Assembly: GCA_001512915.1 (NCBI GenBank)
Contig: LFTC01000079.1
Coordinates: 19,166 to 83,165 of the forward strand
Length of the DNA: 64,000 nt
From: Clostridiales bacterium DTU083
GTDB lineage: Bacteria; Bacillota; Clostridia; Caldicoprobacterales; DTU083
Direction: 5' to 3'
In this document: piece after piece, positions 61,454 through 64,000 of the stretch
How positions within the stretch are numbered: the stretch's first letter is position 1
Layout of the letters: every line of letters begins with the position of its first letter
Notes under the pieces: generated by a model
Seen by the model: the letters and a program-made list of their open reading frames with translations, nothing else
Told to the model about the DNA's origin: nothing
Database searches by the model: none
Made by a program: the position numbers and the translations under genes

Positions 61454-61492
61454 TAAATGTCCCCCCTGTTTATATTAAGTTTATAATTAACT

Positions 61493-63865
61493 TTATTTGA
61501 TCTGCACTACCGTTACGCCGGCTTCACCTTCCCCATATTTTCCCAGACGAAATGAGGCTACATGAGGGTGCTGGCGCAGCAATTGGTGAATGGAGTTTCT
61601 TAAAACACCGGTGCCTTTTCCATGTATTATTGTAACTTCTTTCAAACCCGCCAGGAAAGCGTTGTCCAGATACAGATCGGTTTCCATGACAGCTTCTTCG
61701 GCAGTCTGCCCTCTTAAATCAAGTTCCGTGGAAACAGCCAGGATTCTGGGCTCAATACTTCTGCGGGATATGGGTTGACCTGCAGTTTCTTCCTCAGCCT
61801 GCCTCAAATCGGACAGTTTTACGCTGACCTTCATAATACCCACCTGGACCATAACATTTCCATCCTGGTCGGGCATGCTTAAAACCTGACCCTTTTGATC
61901 CAAGGTGGCAACATAAACTGTCTGGCCCAGTTGGACCATTTCCGGCACTTTCCTTTGGGTATGCGCAGGTTTTCTCTGCTCCCTTTCTCCCAGTCTGTTC
62001 AAAGCAGTTCTTAGTTTTCTCCGGGTTTCTTCAATTGCCCGGCTCCGTTCTTTTTCCTTAGTTTCACGGGCCAGCTGATTAAGTTCCTTAATAATCCGGT
62101 CAGCTTCCGCTTTAGCATCCAATACAATCCTTCGGGCCTCTTCCCTGGCTTTGGCCAAATGCCTTGCTTTCTGTTCTTCCAACTGTAACAGCTTTTTCTC
62201 GTACTCTACCCTTAATTCTTCGGCTTCCGCCAGTTCCACCTTTGTTTTGGTCCGTTCCTGCTCTGCAGCAATCCGGTTTCTTTCAATATCACCCATTATG
62301 TCTTCAAATCTGATATTTTCCTGGCTCAGATATTTCGCTGCGCCTTTAATCAATTCTTCACTCAGACCCAGACGCTTGGAAATTTCAAAAGCATTGCTCC
62401 TGCCAGGAACGCCAATCAGCAAGCGATATGTGGGACGGAGGGTTTCAACATCAAATTCCACTGAAGCGTTTTCTATTCCGTCTCTGCTGATAGCATATAA
62501 TTTCAGTTCACTGTAATGAGTAGTTGCCATGGTGGATATTTTGGCAGAATAAAGATGATCCAGTATGGACATGGCCAAGGCAGCACCTTCTGCCGGGTCA
62601 GTGCCTGCACCCAGTTCATCCAGGAGAACCAGATCGCCCTCACCTGCCCTGTGCAATATCCTTACAATATTGGTCATATGAGATGAGAAAGTACTCAGAC
62701 TCTGTTCAATGCTTTGCTCGTCTCCTATATCGGCATAAACATTTTGAAAGATCCCCATTTCCGTGCCGTAATCGGCAGGCAGATGCAGGCCTGACTGGTG
62801 CATAAGCACAAAAAGACCTGCTGTTTTCAGGGTAACCGTCTTTCCTCCTGTATTAGGCCCGGTAATAATCAGAGAGGTAAAGTTACGCCCTAATTCCAAG
62901 GAGATAGGAACCACCTGCTCCGGGTCAATCAATGGATGACGGCCGTTTCTAATTCTAAATGAAGGAGTATCAGCTATGCGGGGGCGCATGCCCCGGATGG
63001 ATAAGCTGTAAGCCGCTTTGGCAAAAATAAAATCCAGGCGTACCAGAATTGTATAAGCTGACAGGATTTCATCTCCAACATTGCCTGTTAGTTCAGTCAG
63101 TTCTGCCAGTATGCGTTCAATCTCTTCTTCCTCTTTCAACTCAAGCTGCTTTATCTCATTGTTGGCTTCTACCACTGACATGGGTTCAATGAAAAGGGTT
63201 GCACCTGTGGAAGACTGATCATGTACAATCCCAGGCACCTGGGAACGGTATTCCTGTTTTACGGGCAGAACATATCTGCCATTACGGATAGTTATTATGG
63301 GCTCCTGCAAATACTTCTGCATTTGAGGCGAATGCAGGTACCCGTTGAGCCTTTCACGAATTTTGTCATTGGCCCGTCTTATACGCTTCCGGATGCTCGC
63401 CAGTTCAGGGCTGGCATTATCGTATAGAGAATCTTCCGTCTCAATGCAATCTTGTATTCGCTCAAGCAGAGCACGCTGGGGTTTCAAATTATCTATCATG
63501 GAAGGTATTAATTCAAGCTCTTCTTTATCCTTATGCTCTTCCATGCCCCTTTTGACCGAGCTAACCAGGGATAAAACCCGGACAACTTCCAACAATTCCT
63601 TAGGGCTTAGAACCGATCCGATTTTAGCCTTCCTGACTGCGTGCTGAATATCCGGAAATGGGGCAATAAGATTACTGCCCTCTGCAGCAAGAATGGATTC
63701 TGCTTCCGAAGTCTCCTGCTGCCACTCCATTATCTGAATCTTATCCGAACTGGGTTTTAACTGGAGCGCCAGCTGCCTGCCCGAATCTGACTGGGCATAT
63801 CCGGCCAGCTTCTCTATGATTTTATTATATTCCAAAACCTTAAGTGTTCTGTCGTCCATGTTCAC
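61493..63865 (-). CDS. mutS2: Endonuclease MutS2 (MutS domain plus Smr)
   Basis: 790-aa ORF with Walker A GPNTGGKT, a long coiled-coil region, and a C-terminal Smr domain (DLRGQTAEEA...IIHGKGTGVLR). Confidence 0.93.
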   Translation of the reverse strand: MNMDDRTLKVLEYNKIIEKLAGYAQSDSGRQLALQLKPSSDKIQIMEWQQETSEAESILAAEGSNLIAPFPDIQHAVRKAKIGSVLSPKELLEVVRVLSLVSSVKRGMEEHKDKEELELIPSMIDNLKPQRALLERIQDCIETEDSLYDNASPELASIRKRIRRANDKIRERLNGYLHSPQMQKYLQEPIITIRNGRYVLPVKQEYRSQVPGIVHDQSSTGATLFIEPMSVVEANNEIKQLELKEEEEIERILAELTELTGNVGDEILSAYTILVRLDFIFAKAAYSLSIRGMRPRIADTPSFRIRNGRHPLIDPEQVVPISLELGRNFTSLIITGPNTGGKTVTLKTAGLFVLMHQSGLHLPADYGTEMGIFQNVYADIGDEQSIEQSLSTFSSHMTNIVRILHRAGEGDLVLLDELGAGTDPAEGAALAMSILDHLYSAKISTMATTHYSELKLYAISRDGIENASVEFDVETLRPTYRLLIGVPGRSNAFEISKRLGLSEELIKGAAKYLSQENIRFEDIMGDIERNRIAAEQERTKTKVELAEAEELRVEYEKKLLQLEEQKARHLAKAREEARRIVLDAKAEADRIIKELNQLARETKEKERSRAIEETRRKLRTALNRLGEREQRKPAHTQRKVPEMVQLGQTVYVATLDQKGQVLSMPDQDGNVMVQVGIMKVSVKLSDLRQAEEETAGQPISRRSIEPRILAVSTELDLRGQTAEEAVMETDLYLDNAFLAGLKEVTIIHGKGTGVLRNSIHQLLRQHPHVASFRLGKYGEGEAGVTVVQIK

Positions 63866-63888
63866 TCCTCATTGTTAAGACACTAATT

Positions 63889-64000
63889 TTATTCTACACC
63901 TCGATAGAAATGTCCTTTTGTAAATCCATTTTGCTTAAATCTGTTTGCAAAATCCGCCAGGTGCCGGGGCAATTCTGTGCCTGGATAGTCCAAAGCATAA
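63889..64000 (-). CDS. 3' end of an unidentified upstream gene (partial)
   Basis: The minus-strand frame entering from the window edge reads ...YALDYPGTELPRHLADFANRFKQNGFTKGHFYRGVE, then a TAA stop at 63891-63889, 23 nt before mutS2. It is too short to assign. Confidence 0.4.
   Translation of the reverse strand, partial: YALDYPGTELPRHLADFANRFKQNGFTKGHFYRGVE

Overview
This looks like a Firmicutes/Clostridia chromosomal segment from a spore-former, probably an anaerobe. It carries about 55 protein genes, almost all on the minus strand, mostly conserved housekeeping synteny. Reading the minus strand from high to low coordinates: a partial unknown gene, mutS2, xylB, an OmpR-type regulator, a histidine kinase and htrA. 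Next come aldehyde:ferredoxin oxidoreductase, a plus-strand zinc-ribbon membrane protein, nifS-like desulfurase with thiI, and a CoA-binding protein. A small envelope-related islet follows (orphan sugar-binding lipoprotein, L,D-transpeptidase, Wzz-like protein, membrane protein). Then come a PNPOx-like gene with a complete 2-oxoacid dehydrogenase complex (E1 alpha, E1 beta, E2, E3), and an MrfA/MrfB-like helicase-exonuclease pair with a LexA box. After these are a plus-strand class A PBP, ftsH, two small unknown genes, spoIIAA-spoIIAB-sigF-spoVAA-spoVAB, a second plus-strand class A PBP, and yunB. The rest is yebC, an amidase-domain gene, a BofC-like gene, proBA, plus-strand argGH, ruvCAB-queA-tgt-yajC-yrzE-like, the SCIFF precursor (45 codons, absent from the ORF track) with its radical-SAM maturase, recJ-apt-relA-dtd-MBL-hemZ-like, and a T-box leader with hisS-aspS. 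I saw no rRNA, tRNA, CRISPR array, transposase or integrase. I did not find a convincing wholly novel multi-gene system. The observations most worth follow-up are: the unlisted SCIFF peptide locus; the LexA-box-controlled DUF1998-helicase/RNase-H-like exonuclease operon; an Asp-type T-box gating hisS; an unannotated 48-codon ORF coupled to spoVAB; a spoVA locus with only AA and AB; and several start-codon or promoter reassignments. All motif calls were made by eye from the sequence, and no database search was run.
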